A stretch of 64,000 nt of DNA from Chitinophaga pinensis. GTDB taxonomy: Bacteria; Bacteroidota; Bacteroidia; UKL13-3. The stretch covers positions 51,897-115,896 of the forward strand of contig CAMARW010000008.1 of NCBI GenBank assembly GCA_945860865.1, written 5' to 3'. The stretch's first letter is position 1. Every line of letters begins with the position of its first letter. The notes beneath the pieces were generated by a model. The model saw only the letters and a program-made list of their open reading frames with translations. It searched no databases and had not been told where the DNA came from. Made by a program: the position numbers and the translations under genes. Below are positions 38,634 through 48,717 of this stretch, in pieces.

Positions 38634-39758
38634 CTAAAACCCGAAAATCTCCTTCATTTTATTTTCTAGCTCTATTCCCCTGAGTTCTTTAGCAATAATT
38701 TTACCTTCTTTATCAACCAATACTGTGTATGGTATTGCGCTAATATTATAGAGAGAAACTACTGACGAATTCCATTTTAACAAATCCGAACCATGAGTCC
38801 AGAGTAATTTATCCTTATTAACAGCTTCTAACCAGGCATCTCTATTATCATCTAAACTAACCCCAAAAATCTCAAATCCAGCTGTTTTGTATTTATTATA
38901 TAGGGTAACATTTTTTGGGTTTTCCATTCTGCACGGCCCGCACCAACTCGCCCAAAAATCAATTAAAACAATTTTTCCTTTGAATTCAGATAAGGATACT
39001 TTTTTCCCAAAAGGGTCATTTAAAACGATATCTGGTGCGCTCGCGCCTTCAGCTGTTTTATTCAATCTTTCCACTTTTTGATGCAGCTGAATGGCATATT
39101 TGGACTGGCTAAATTGGGTGAAGTGTTTTTTATCAAGTGCGGTTAAATAAACAGGATCTGCCTCTGGCAACAAAAAGTTGGCCGCAAAATAAGGAACCAG
39201 CGAATTGTTTGATTTACTTACAAATTCTTTTACAGCAGTTTGGTGATTAAATTGTAAACTATCAAAAGCAGCTTTAATCGCTAGTTCCACATCTGGAGAA
39301 ATGTTTTCTGCTTGGTATTGTGCAAAGCGCTCGTTAATAGATTGACTCTTTGCCATGAAAGAATTGTTTAATAAAAAAAGATCTTTTAATTCTTGGTTTT
39401 CTGGCGAATTTTCAACAGTGTAGTTTTCTATTTTTTCTGCATCTATATTAATGTTTAGCCTGCTATTTGAATCTACTAGTAATACTATATCTCCTTTCTG
39501 GAAACGGAGTATACAAAAGGTTTTTTCATTTAACATTCCATTGAGAACAAATTTTCCTGCAGCATCAATAGTAGCGGTATCTATTTGAATTAATCCACCA
39601 GCAGTAAGTTCTTGGATACTTACTTGTTTAATTTCTTTGGCGTTTTGAATGGTTCCACTTATTAAAAAGCCATTTATTGTTTCTGCTTTATCGGTATTAC
39701 AAGACCATATTAAGCTTGCAAAAACAATAAATAAAAAGGAGGATTTTAGCGTTTTCAT
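38634..39758 (-). CDS. TlpA/AhpC-TSA family thiol-disulfide oxidoreductase lipoprotein (DUF4369 N-terminus)
   Basis: Lipobox LIWSC, IDFWASWCGPCR, GVSLD, AIP...LVDKEGKI. Confidence 0.88.
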   Translation of the reverse strand: MKTLKSSFLFIVFASLIWSCNTDKAETINGFLISGTIQNAKEIKQVSIQELTAGGLIQIDTATIDAAGKFVLNGMLNEKTFCILRFQKGDIVLLVDSNSRLNINIDAEKIENYTVENSPENQELKDLFLLNNSFMAKSQSINERFAQYQAENISPDVELAIKAAFDSLQFNHQTAVKEFVSKSNNSLVPYFAANFLLPEADPVYLTALDKKHFTQFSQSKYAIQLHQKVERLNKTAEGASAPDIVLNDPFGKKVSLSEFKGKIVLIDFWASWCGPCRMENPKNVTLYNKYKTAGFEIFGVSLDDNRDAWLEAVNKDKLLWTHGSDLLKWNSSVVSLYNISAIPYTVLVDKEGKIIAKELRGIELENKMKEIFGF

Positions 39759-41230
39759 ATTTTATTTTCGAGAGTTTCCATTAATAATTGAGTAGCAAAT
39801 TTTGGATCAGCTTTTCCTTTACTGGCTTTCATTACCTCTCCCATAAATAAACCTAATAAATTGTGCTTGCCAGATTTGTATGCAATAACTTTGTCAGGAA
39901 ATTTTGCGATGGCATCGTCAATCCATTTTTGCAACTCACCTTCGTTAGATTCTTGGAGTAAATTTAATGCCTCTGCTATTTGAAGTGCTGATTTATGGTG
40001 CTCTTTAATCATTTCAGGAAACAATCGCTGTGCAGCAGCACTATTACTAATTTTATTAGTATCTATTAATGTAATAATTTCTGCAATCTTAGCTGGTTGC
40101 AATACAAAATCATTGATATGAATGGCTTGTTCGTTCAAGTATCCTTTGATGTTTACCATTAACCAATTGGCTGCTGCTTTGGTATTACCAGTATGTTTTA
40201 ATAGTGCCTCAAAATAGGCTGCAATATCTTTGTTTTCTGTTAATACCTGTGCATCATAATCGCTTAAACCTAATGTCTCGGTAAATTTTAGGTACAATGA
40301 TTTGGGCAGCTCTGGCATTTGATTTTTAACGCTATCAATAAACTGCTGTGTAATGTGTAAAGGTGGTAAATCAGGTTCGGGGAAATAACGATAATCACTT
40401 GCTCCTTCTTTGCTACGCATGGTAAGTGTTATCCCTTTAATAGCATCAAAGTTGCGCGTTTCCATATAGAGGGTTTCTCCATTTTCAATAGCGGTTATTT
40501 GACGTTTTACTTCAAAATCTATGGCTCTTTGTACATTGCGCATAGAATTCATGTTTTTTACTTCCACCTTGGTACCAAATTCTTTGGCACCTTTTAACAT
40601 AACAGAGATATTGGCATCGCAGCGCAAGCTTCCCTCTTCCATGTTTCCATCACAAATGTCTAAATACCGTACTAATTTCCTTACTTCAGTTAAGTATTGA
40701 TAGGCTTCTTCACCCGTTTTTATTTCTGGTTCTGAAACAATTTCTATCAAAGGAACTCCGGCTCGGTTCAGGTCTATTAAACTATCATATACGTCTTGGT
40801 CGTGCATGCTTTTACCTGCATCTTCTTCCATGTGAATGCGCGTAAGGCCAATCTTTTTTGTAACACCATCCTTGGTTTTAATTTCGATATTGCCTCCAGT
40901 GCAAATAGGTGTTTTATCCTGAGTTATTTGATAGCCTTTTGGTAAATCTGCATAAAAGTAATTCTTCCGTGCATAAAATTGGTGATCAGCAATATTAGCA
41001 TCGCAGGCTAATCCCATTTTTATTGCATTGATAACCACTTGTTTGTTATGTTTGGGCAAGGTGCCAGGGTGACCCAAACTTATCGGACTAATTTGTGTGT
41101 TGGGTTCAGACCCATAAGTGTAAGGATCTGCGCAATAGGCCTTGGTATTAGTAAGTAACTGCGCATGCACTTCTAAACCTATTACGGTCTCATATTTGTC
41201 GAAATCTATTTCGCTGTTTTCTGTATTCAT
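39755..41230 (-). CDS. gatB: Asp-tRNA(Asn)/Glu-tRNA(Gln) amidotransferase subunit B
   Basis: VIGLEVHAQL, RKNYFYADLPKGYQITQ, HMEEDAGKS, GSLRCDANIS, YRYFPEPDLP. Confidence 0.96.
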   Translation of the reverse strand: MNTENSEIDFDKYETVIGLEVHAQLLTNTKAYCADPYTYGSEPNTQISPISLGHPGTLPKHNKQVVINAIKMGLACDANIADHQFYARKNYFYADLPKGYQITQDKTPICTGGNIEIKTKDGVTKKIGLTRIHMEEDAGKSMHDQDVYDSLIDLNRAGVPLIEIVSEPEIKTGEEAYQYLTEVRKLVRYLDICDGNMEEGSLRCDANISVMLKGAKEFGTKVEVKNMNSMRNVQRAIDFEVKRQITAIENGETLYMETRNFDAIKGITLTMRSKEGASDYRYFPEPDLPPLHITQQFIDSVKNQMPELPKSLYLKFTETLGLSDYDAQVLTENKDIAAYFEALLKHTGNTKAAANWLMVNIKGYLNEQAIHINDFVLQPAKIAEIITLIDTNKISNSAAAQRLFPEMIKEHHKSALQIAEALNLLQESNEGELQKWIDDAIAKFPDKVIAYKSGKHNLLGLFMGEVMKASKGKADPKFATQLLMETLENKI

Positions 41231-41320
41231 GATTCGGTTGCGAAAATACAGAAATCTAAGTTTAATTATACAAAAATTATTGCCTGATTTTTTCGTTTTT
41301 AATAATTAAACGAATTGATT

Positions 41321-42577
41321 TTATTGGGTTTGCGTAGAAAATTTGCGCACGCCAATTAATTCATCATAATGGTATTGTAAATTTTTAGCATAAACTAATA
41401 TCACGTATTCGTTTTCTGTTTGGAAGTGATTTCCTTCCAAAACGGTTTCATCGGGCTGACCTTTACTATTTTTCACGGCGAAGCAATATTCGTATCTACC
41501 TTGTTTTAGCGGAACCTCTAAATCGTATCGCTGCCTGTTTTTGTTATAGTACATTTTGTATTCTGGCACTAAACGCCAATCTGTAAACTCCCCAAAAACA
41601 TATACTTCTGCATCGGGTGGAACGCCCATTACGGCAGATAAGTAGAAGTTTACGTAGGCATAATCTCCATCAATATCGCTATTGGTGCCCTCTTTGTTTT
41701 GAACCAATCTCTTGCCATTATAGTCTAAATAATTAAAGTATTGGGTAGCACCTCTGCTCTCATCTAGGTTTAAAATAACATGCACAACCGTGTCTGTGCG
41801 TTTGCTTCTTACATTGGCAGAAAACTGTCGAAGTTGTCTAATGTCGAAAAAGCGAAATTCGTTACCACCGTTAAATAAGGTTTGATCCAAATAATTATAC
41901 TCAAGTTTGTTATTCGACATAAACTGGGGTTTTAATCCGGTTATGGCATTGTCCCAACGGCTGTTTTGCATCAATACCACAGAGATATCTTGCAGCGGGT
42001 TTACAACCATATTTGGATTAATACCTACTGTAAATTGGAGTTCTTGCTTAGTAAACCTATGCTCTGCTAATGTTGCTGGTCGGGCTAGGCCTTCTATGGT
42101 ACTTGCATTATTTAAAACCATCATGCGCCTGGTAAATAGCAAATCTTCTTCGTCGAAATTACGATATACTTTTACAACATAATTACCTGCTATGCGCGGT
42201 TTCATGTTATCATTAGGCAGGTAAATGTTATAATGCACATATTTTACATAAGTATTGGTAGCAAACTTAAAATCCTGCACATTATCAAATGTCATCCCAC
42301 TTAAATACTCGTTTTGGTTCAGCCTAGTTGGATTCCAATTGGCATCACAGTGAATTAAAGTGTATTGCAAATTTTCTGATTGGGCAGTTAGCATATCAAA
42401 GCTCAACTTTAAAACCTCAACACTGTTTAAAGATATTATGGGGTATCTATCCTCAGTGCCAGCTTTGCCAAATAAGATGGTTTGAACCTTAGAATCAAAT
42501 ATTTTGTTTTCATATGTTTGGGCATAGGAACCAAAGAGTATATTTAAGAATAAAATACTAAACCAGATTTTTTTCAT
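41321..42577 (-). CDS. DUF5103 protein, probable T9SS translocon plug
   Basis: LSFD...YTLIHCDANW, FNGGNEFRFFD, DGDYAYVNF, LKQGRYEY, EGNHFQTENEY. Confidence 0.75.
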   Translation of the reverse strand: MKKIWFSILFLNILFGSYAQTYENKIFDSKVQTILFGKAGTEDRYPIISLNSVEVLKLSFDMLTAQSENLQYTLIHCDANWNPTRLNQNEYLSGMTFDNVQDFKFATNTYVKYVHYNIYLPNDNMKPRIAGNYVVKVYRNFDEEDLLFTRRMMVLNNASTIEGLARPATLAEHRFTKQELQFTVGINPNMVVNPLQDISVVLMQNSRWDNAITGLKPQFMSNNKLEYNYLDQTLFNGGNEFRFFDIRQLRQFSANVRSKRTDTVVHVILNLDESRGATQYFNYLDYNGKRLVQNKEGTNSDIDGDYAYVNFYLSAVMGVPPDAEVYVFGEFTDWRLVPEYKMYYNKNRQRYDLEVPLKQGRYEYCFAVKNSKGQPDETVLEGNHFQTENEYVILVYAKNLQYHYDELIGVRKFSTQTQ

Positions 42578-42664
42578 GTTACAAGATTACATAAATTAAA
42601 AGAATATCTGTAAGCAAACGAATAATGCCAGCAAAACAATATCTTGTTTTAAATGGTATAAAAA

Positions 42665-43861
42665 TTATTGGGAATCTGCATAAAGTAAATAGCGTCTTCT
42701 TTGTAGGCGGTAAGCAGCAATTTTAGCTTCCCAAGTTGCCCTAATCTCTTCTTCACTTTTACCTGCTATTATTTGTTTTCTCAGTTCATCGGTTCCGGCA
42801 AGTTTGTCAAAAAATGGCGTAAAAAATTTATCTTTATTTTCATCATTTTTATAACATTCAATGAGCCAAAATAAGTTTATTTTTTTCTGGTTTGGCGCCA
42901 GGTTTTCACCGTATTCTCTTAGGTTAAATCCTTTAATTTGTTTGTTTTCGTGTGGCGGATGGTCTGCAATACCAGGCAAGTGACGCGGAGTAATTGTATC
43001 TCTGCCGATTTTGTTATTGGGTTTTCCTACAAACTCAAAAGGGTAGGGGGTTCCTCTGCCAACACTATAATTTGTACCTTCAAAAAAGCATAAACTTGGA
43101 TACAAAAACACGCTGCTCATGTTGGGTAGGTTGGGAGACGGTTTTACTGGCAAAACATACTGCGTTTGGTGCGTGTATTGCTTCATTTTAACCACTTGTA
43201 AATCGCATTTAACTTGGTTTTTTAACCAGCCTTCTCCATTAATCATGCGCGCATATTCGCCCACGGTTAGGCCATGCACAACTGGAACAGGATGCATGCC
43301 AACAAAGCTTTTAAAGGCAGTATCTAAAACCATTCCATCAATATAATGTCCGTTTGGATTGGGTCTATCCAAAACAATTAATTTTTTCTTCTGCTCTGCA
43401 CAAGCTTCCATTACATAATGTAGGGTAGATAGGTAGGTATAAAAACGTGCCCCCACATCTTGTATGTCGAATATTAAAATGTCTACCTCTTTAAGTTGTT
43501 CTTCGTTGGGTTTTTTATATGCGCCGTATAGCGAATATACCGGCAGCTTCGTTTTTTTATCGATACTTGTTTTAACTTTTTCGCCCGCAGAATGATCGCC
43601 TCTAAAGCCATGCTCCGGAGCAAAAATACTTGCAATATTTATTTGCTTACTTCTTAAAAAGTCTACCAAATGCATTTGATTTACCAAGGAGGTTTGGTTC
43701 ACTACTAAGCCTACCTTTTTATTTTGTAGCAGCGGCAAATAGATTTCTGTTTGTGTAGCACCCAAAATTTGAGCAGAAACATTTACTTGTGAAAGTAAAA
43801 AGCATAAAAGAAATGTCCAGTTTGTATATTTGGACGATAATATGAAACTTAGTTTTTTCAT
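42665..43861 (-). CDS. Exo-beta-N-acetylmuramidase NamZ family (DUF1343)
   Basis: VVNQTS, FAPEHGFRG, FDIQDVGARFYTY, LDRPNPNG, PSPNLP, SVGRGT. Confidence 0.9.
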   Translation of the reverse strand: MKKLSFILSSKYTNWTFLLCFLLSQVNVSAQILGATQTEIYLPLLQNKKVGLVVNQTSLVNQMHLVDFLRSKQINIASIFAPEHGFRGDHSAGEKVKTSIDKKTKLPVYSLYGAYKKPNEEQLKEVDILIFDIQDVGARFYTYLSTLHYVMEACAEQKKKLIVLDRPNPNGHYIDGMVLDTAFKSFVGMHPVPVVHGLTVGEYARMINGEGWLKNQVKCDLQVVKMKQYTHQTQYVLPVKPSPNLPNMSSVFLYPSLCFFEGTNYSVGRGTPYPFEFVGKPNNKIGRDTITPRHLPGIADHPPHENKQIKGFNLREYGENLAPNQKKINLFWLIECYKNDENKDKFFTPFFDKLAGTDELRKQIIAGKSEEEIRATWEAKIAAYRLQRRRYLLYADSQ

Positions 43862-45080
43862 TGCAAAACGATTAATGGTTCAAGCACCGCTTCAAAGTAA
43901 GCGAAAGCAAAGCGGATTTTCAAAGTTGATTATCAACCTTGCTTTTAGCGCTGTATGCGTTAGTGTAATGGTAATGATTTTGGCCATTTGTGTGGTAAAG
44001 GGTTACCAGAATCAAGTGAAGGGTAAGCTTGCCGGATTTCATGCTCCAATTCAATTGGCTAACTTAGACTTAAATAAAAGTTTTGAAAGCGTGCCCCTCG
44101 AACGCGATTCTTTGCTTGAAGTTTTAGTGCCGCAACAAAAAGGGGTCGTATTTTTGCAAACTTTTGCCACCAAAGCCGGCATTATAAAAACAGAAGAAGC
44201 TTTTGAAGGGATTGTTTTAAAGGGTGTTGGTTCAGATTATAATTGGGATTTTTTGGCTAAACATTTAAAAGAGGGTGCATTGCCTATACTCAATGATTCG
44301 CAAGTTTCTCCATCAATTTTAATCTCTAGTTTAACGGCCAACCGCATGCAGTTTAAATTGGGTGATGCCTTGTTTGTTTATTTTATTCAGGAGCCACCAC
44401 GGGTTAGAAAATTTAAAATAGTGGGCATTTTCGATTCTGGAATGGGAGAACTAGATGAATTATATGCTTTTGTTGATATTAAACAGGTTCAAAAACTCAA
44501 TAATTGGAGTAAGTTTGAGGTAAGCGGCTACGAAATTGGCCTGAACCAACTTGAGGATATGGAGCATATGCAAACAAGTTTATCTGAGTTTGTGCCTTTT
44601 AATATGGCAATAAATACCATTGCAGAAATGTACCCCGCTTTATTTGATTGGCTTATACTCTTAGATATGAACGTGCTAATTATTTTATTGCTGATGTTAG
44701 CCGTTGCGGCCATTAATATGGTAACTGCATTGCTCATTTTAATTTTAGAAAGAACGCAAATGATTGGACTGTTAAAAGCTATGGGCGCTAAAGACCAATT
44801 AATTAGTGAGATTTTTATTTGGATGGCTGCGCAAATTATTATCAAAGGTTTGTTTTTTGGCAACCTAATAGGCTTGGGTTTAGCTTTTTTACAGCAAAAG
44901 TTTGCTTGGCTCAAGTTAGATCAAAAGTCTTATTACTTAAATCAAGTCCCTATAGAGTTTGATTGGCAGCTTATTATTGGTGTAAATTTCCTGAGTTTTT
45001 TTATTTGTATGATACTTTTACTCATTCCTGCACGCTTCGTTGCAAAGGTTAATCCGGTAAAAACAATCCAATTTAAGTAA
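43842..45080 (+). CDS. LolC/LolE-type (FtsX-like) ABC transporter permease
   Basis: MKLSFFIAKR, MacB-like periplasmic domain, ILERTQMIGLLKAMGA, YYLNQVP, P.KTIQF. -7 box at 43825-43832. Confidence 0.88.
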   Translation: MKLSFFIAKRLMVQAPLQSKRKQSGFSKLIINLAFSAVCVSVMVMILAICVVKGYQNQVKGKLAGFHAPIQLANLDLNKSFESVPLERDSLLEVLVPQQKGVVFLQTFATKAGIIKTEEAFEGIVLKGVGSDYNWDFLAKHLKEGALPILNDSQVSPSILISSLTANRMQFKLGDALFVYFIQEPPRVRKFKIVGIFDSGMGELDELYAFVDIKQVQKLNNWSKFEVSGYEIGLNQLEDMEHMQTSLSEFVPFNMAINTIAEMYPALFDWLILLDMNVLIILLLMLAVAAINMVTALLILILERTQMIGLLKAMGAKDQLISEIFIWMAAQIIIKGLFFGNLIGLGLAFLQQKFAWLKLDQKSYYLNQVPIEFDWQLIIGVNFLSFFICMILLLIPARFVAKVNPVKTIQFK

Positions 45081-45082
45081 GC

Positions 45083-45874
45083 GTGAAATCAAGACTTCCC
45101 AATAGCATTAAGTTCCCTTTTTGGTGGATTTTTAAATCTCCGCAAAGAAATTTTGGGTGGGCTACCTTGTGGCGAGATTTATTAGGATTGTGCAGGGTTT
45201 TTTATAGAATGAATTTTGTAGCTGCTTCCCCTAAACCAATTAGTATTTGTGTGGGCATTTATAATAGAAGCGATTTGTTTTTAACTCATTTTGTGCCTTC
45301 TTTGGCCCAATGTGCTCACCAAAATTTAATAGAATTATCTGTGTTTGATTGCGGCAGCACAGATACTCCAAACTTGCAAGAGCGCATCCAAGAAATTTAT
45401 AAGGGTCAGCTAATATTTCGGTCTGAACCAATAGATTTTACTAGGTCTAGTAGTTTTAATAAGGCGGTAAAACAAGCCAATAATGAACTCATATTTATTT
45501 GTGATGCCGATTTTTCGTTGCCCAAAAAATTAGTCCAATTAATAGCTAATTACACAAGCGCTCATACTTTTTGGTTTCCTATAGTGTTTTATTTATACAA
45601 ATATAAACCTGCCGTATTTCATCCCAATAATGGCGAGTGGATGCTCTATGGCGGAAAAGGTATTGTAGGCTGTTATAAAAAAGATTATGAAAAAGTGGGT
45701 TGTTTAGATGAACAATTTACTTCCTGGGGCGGAGAGGATGAAGCATTTTATTTAAATTGTTATGCTTCCAAAATGAATATTATTCGCACACGAGAAAATC
45801 AATTGTTACACCATTGGCATCCTAGTTTTAATCCAAAATTTAAAAAATTAGAATTAAAACAGAAAACTACCTAG
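45083..45874 (+). CDS. Glycosyltransferase, GT-A fold with GT7-type WGGED C-terminal motif
   Basis: ISICVGIYNR, DxD motif CDAD, WGGED, HHWH. Confidence 0.8.
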   Translation: MKSRLPNSIKFPFWWIFKSPQRNFGWATLWRDLLGLCRVFYRMNFVAASPKPISICVGIYNRSDLFLTHFVPSLAQCAHQNLIELSVFDCGSTDTPNLQERIQEIYKGQLIFRSEPIDFTRSSSFNKAVKQANNELIFICDADFSLPKKLVQLIANYTSAHTFWFPIVFYLYKYKPAVFHPNNGEWMLYGGKGIVGCYKKDYEKVGCLDEQFTSWGGEDEAFYLNCYASKMNIIRTRENQLLHHWHPSFNPKFKKLELKQKTT

Positions 45875-45896
45875 AAGTTGTATATTTGTAAACCAG

Positions 45897-46673
45897 ATGA
45901 ATCAACCCTTAGTAAGTATCATTACACCGTCTTTCAATCAAGGAAAATGGTTAGAAGAAACAATACTCTCAGTTTTAAATCAAACTTATCCTAATGTAGA
46001 GTTCATTGTTATAGATGGAGGTTCTACCGATCAATCTAAATCTATTATCGAAAAATACGCCCATCGTTTAACCTATTGGCAAAGTGAGCCAGATGGCGGG
46101 CAAGCTGCCGCATTAAACATTGGGTTCAAAAAGGCCAAAGGAGATGTTATTGCCTACTTAAATGCAGATGATTTGCTCGAACCCAATGCGGTAGAAGGTA
46201 TTATAAACGCATATGAGGTAAACCAAGAGTTTTCTATTTATTATGGCAAGTGCAAAACCATAGATTCTGAAGGGAAATTATTGGAAGAAGGTAATGGCAA
46301 TCAAGTTTATTTTAAAGATTTGGCTTCAGAGGGTATGCTGCCCAATATGTATCAGCCAGCCTGTTTTTTTAACAGAGCATTTTTAAACCGCGAAATGTTT
46401 GTAGATAGCTCTCTCCATTACGCATTTGATTATGAGTTGATTTTATTTTTATCTAGCACCAAAACAATGTTGTTTTTAAACAGAGATATTGCAAGTTACC
46501 GTGTGCATGTAGAAAGCAAAAGTTATTTGTATAAAATAGATGCTTACAAAGAGAAGTTGAGTTTGCAAGAAAAATACAACCCCAAAAACTTCTTTAATAT
46601 TAAATGGAAGCGTTTAAAATTAGCTTTGGCACAAAAAACAGGACACATAACCAACGGCAAAACAGCCAAATAA
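45897..46673 (+). CDS. Glycosyltransferase family 2
   Basis: VSIITPSFNQG, IDGGSTD, SEPDGGQAAALN, YLNADD. Confidence 0.9.
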   Translation: MNQPLVSIITPSFNQGKWLEETILSVLNQTYPNVEFIVIDGGSTDQSKSIIEKYAHRLTYWQSEPDGGQAAALNIGFKKAKGDVIAYLNADDLLEPNAVEGIINAYEVNQEFSIYYGKCKTIDSEGKLLEEGNGNQVYFKDLASEGMLPNMYQPACFFNRAFLNREMFVDSSLHYAFDYELILFLSSTKTMLFLNRDIASYRVHVESKSYLYKIDAYKEKLSLQEKYNPKNFFNIKWKRLKLALAQKTGHITNGKTAK

Positions 46674-46682
46674 TTTGATAGG

Positions 46683-47660
46683 TTAGTTGTTTAAAATACC
46701 TACCAAATTTAAAAGATCTGGGTTCAGTGGTTTCTTTTTTGTAATTGCATCTATAAATGGTGTAAGGCTAATTTGATTATTTATTAATCCACACATTTTG
46801 TTTTTCTCTCCTGCCAATAATGCGTTAACCGCACCATATCCTAGTTTAGATGCTAACACCCTGTCGTAAGTGGTAGGCGAACCTCCTCTTTGAATATGTC
46901 CGAGTATAACCACGCGTGATTCAAAGCCAGGTATTTCTTTGTTGAGCAACGCTGAAATGGCACTAGCACCTCCTTCAAAATTACCTTCTGCAACCACTAC
47001 AATTGAAAAAGATTTTTTGGTTTCGGCTCTGTTTTTAAAAAATTCAATTAATGCTAAGTGGTCATTTTTTACTTCGGGTAACATTACCATTTCGGCTCCT
47101 CCAGCTATAGTTGCAGCCAAGGCAATAAAACCAGTATCTCTGCCCATTACTTCTATAAAAAATATGCGGCCATGACTTTCAGCGGTGTCTCTAATTTTAT
47201 CTATGGCTTCCACAGCAGTATTAATAGCGGTATCAAAACCAATGGTTAAATCTGTGCCATACAAATCATTATCAATGGTGCCAGGAGCACCAATAGAAGG
47301 AATGCCAAATTCATTATAAAAAATTTCAGCACCGGTAAAAGTACCGTTCCCCCCAATGCAAATAATTCCTTCTATTCCTTCATTTCTTAAATTTTGATAA
47401 GCTATGGCTCTGCCTTCTGGAGTCATAAATTCTTTGCTTCTAGAAGATTTAAGCATAGTTCCACCCCTTTGGATTATATTTCCTACCGAGCGCGAGTTAA
47501 GTTCAATAAAATTTTCCCCACCCTCAATCATACCACTATATCCTTTTAAAATTCCAGTAACGGCTACCCCTTTGGAAATAGCAGTTCTTACTACAGCTCT
47601 TATACAAGCGTTCATACCTGGAGAGTCTCCACCGGAGGTAAACACAGCAATTTTTTTCAT
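46683..47660 (-). CDS. pfkA: ATP-dependent 6-phosphofructokinase
   Basis: TSGGDSPGMNA, GTIDND, EVMGR, LGHIQRGG. Confidence 0.96.
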   Translation of the reverse strand: MKKIAVFTSGGDSPGMNACIRAVVRTAISKGVAVTGILKGYSGMIEGGENFIELNSRSVGNIIQRGGTMLKSSRSKEFMTPEGRAIAYQNLRNEGIEGIICIGGNGTFTGAEIFYNEFGIPSIGAPGTIDNDLYGTDLTIGFDTAINTAVEAIDKIRDTAESHGRIFFIEVMGRDTGFIALAATIAGGAEMVMLPEVKNDHLALIEFFKNRAETKKSFSIVVVAEGNFEGGASAISALLNKEIPGFESRVVILGHIQRGGSPTTYDRVLASKLGYGAVNALLAGEKNKMCGLINNQISLTPFIDAITKKKPLNPDLLNLVGILNN

Positions 47661-47671
47661 GTGGTAAAGAT

Positions 47672-47705
47672 AAAAAAAAAGGTCGTTTCATTTGAAACGA
47701 CCTTT
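47672..47705 (-). terminator. Intrinsic terminator of the lipoprotein gene
   Basis: AAAGGTCGTTTCA-TT-TGAAACGACCTTT with an A9 tract on the left (U tract on the minus strand). Confidence 0.85.
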
Positions 47706-47735
47706 AGAAAATTATGGATTATAGTTGTAAAATGA

Positions 47736-48668
47736 CTATAATTCTACTTTTACGATTAATAAGATTTGGCCATTTGCACCAGCAGCAGGACTACCTACTT
47801 TGATTAAACCTTTTTTACCATCACCTTTTTTGAAAGCATAAACTTGATTTACAGATAAACCAGTTACTCTATCTAACATACCTAAACTAAAGTCAATTGT
47901 TTGCAATTCTGTAATAAACAATGAACCAACCAAAGCGTCAAATTCAGATGCATTTATGTTGGTTAATTTAAATTCTGTTTTGTTTTTAGTTGGCCATGAG
48001 CTTACTTCACTTGCCCAACCTGTTCCAGCTGCGAAAGCGAAACTAGGCGAGTACAATGCGTTTTGCACATTACCAGCTGTGTTGTAGAAATAGATAAAAT
48101 CAATTTTAGATGAATTATCTTTAGCTAAATCAACACCAGTTGTACCTGCACGGTATCTTCTGAAACCATCAGCAATACCAAAGAAACGGTATTCGTTGGT
48201 TACATTACTTGGCGCACCAATTAAAATCTGACCAGAAGTTACCATACTATTAATAGTTACTGTGAAAGAAGTTGTGTTTGATTTACCTTTACCATCTTCA
48301 ACTTTAACGGTGTAGGTAATTATATCACCTTCGTCTATAACTACGTCTATCGCATCAACATAATTTTTAATTAAATCTTTTGCATTTAAAGTTTCTTCAG
48401 CAACTACAAATGTGCTTTGTCCAACAATGGCACGTGTAATGCTAACTTTTGTTAATTTTACATCTGTATCAGCTGAAGCAACTACTTTAATTTCTACTGT
48501 ATCCAAAGCTAACGATGAGCTAATAGCTTTTACACCATCATTAACGGTAAGTGTTGGGGCAGAAAATACTTTAGGATCTCCATCTGGGTCATCTCCATCA
48601 CATGAGGTAAATAACATAGCAGTTGAAAGTGCAGTAAGCACAAACATTGATTTAAATAATTTTTTCAT
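47736..48668 (-). CDS. Uncharacterised (probably surface-exposed) lipoprotein
   Basis: Lipobox LFTSC followed by acidic DGDDPD. Ig-like N-terminal domain plus a beta-rich C-terminal domain. Confidence 0.75.
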   Translation of the reverse strand: MKKLFKSMFVLTALSTAMLFTSCDGDDPDGDPKVFSAPTLTVNDGVKAISSSLALDTVEIKVVASADTDVKLTKVSITRAIVGQSTFVVAEETLNAKDLIKNYVDAIDVVIDEGDIITYTVKVEDGKGKSNTTSFTVTINSMVTSGQILIGAPSNVTNEYRFFGIADGFRRYRAGTTGVDLAKDNSSKIDFIYFYNTAGNVQNALYSPSFAFAAGTGWASEVSSWPTKNKTEFKLTNINASEFDALVGSLFITELQTIDFSLGMLDRVTGLSVNQVYAFKKGDGKKGLIKVGSPAAGANGQILLIVKVEL

Positions 48669-48717
48669 TTTTTTGATTAATTTAATTTTAACAAATATAG
48701 GTTTATAGTTTAATTTT

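Noticed and set aside
39755-41230. gatB without gatA/gatC
   Set aside because: Dispersed gat genes are ordinary in Bacteroidota
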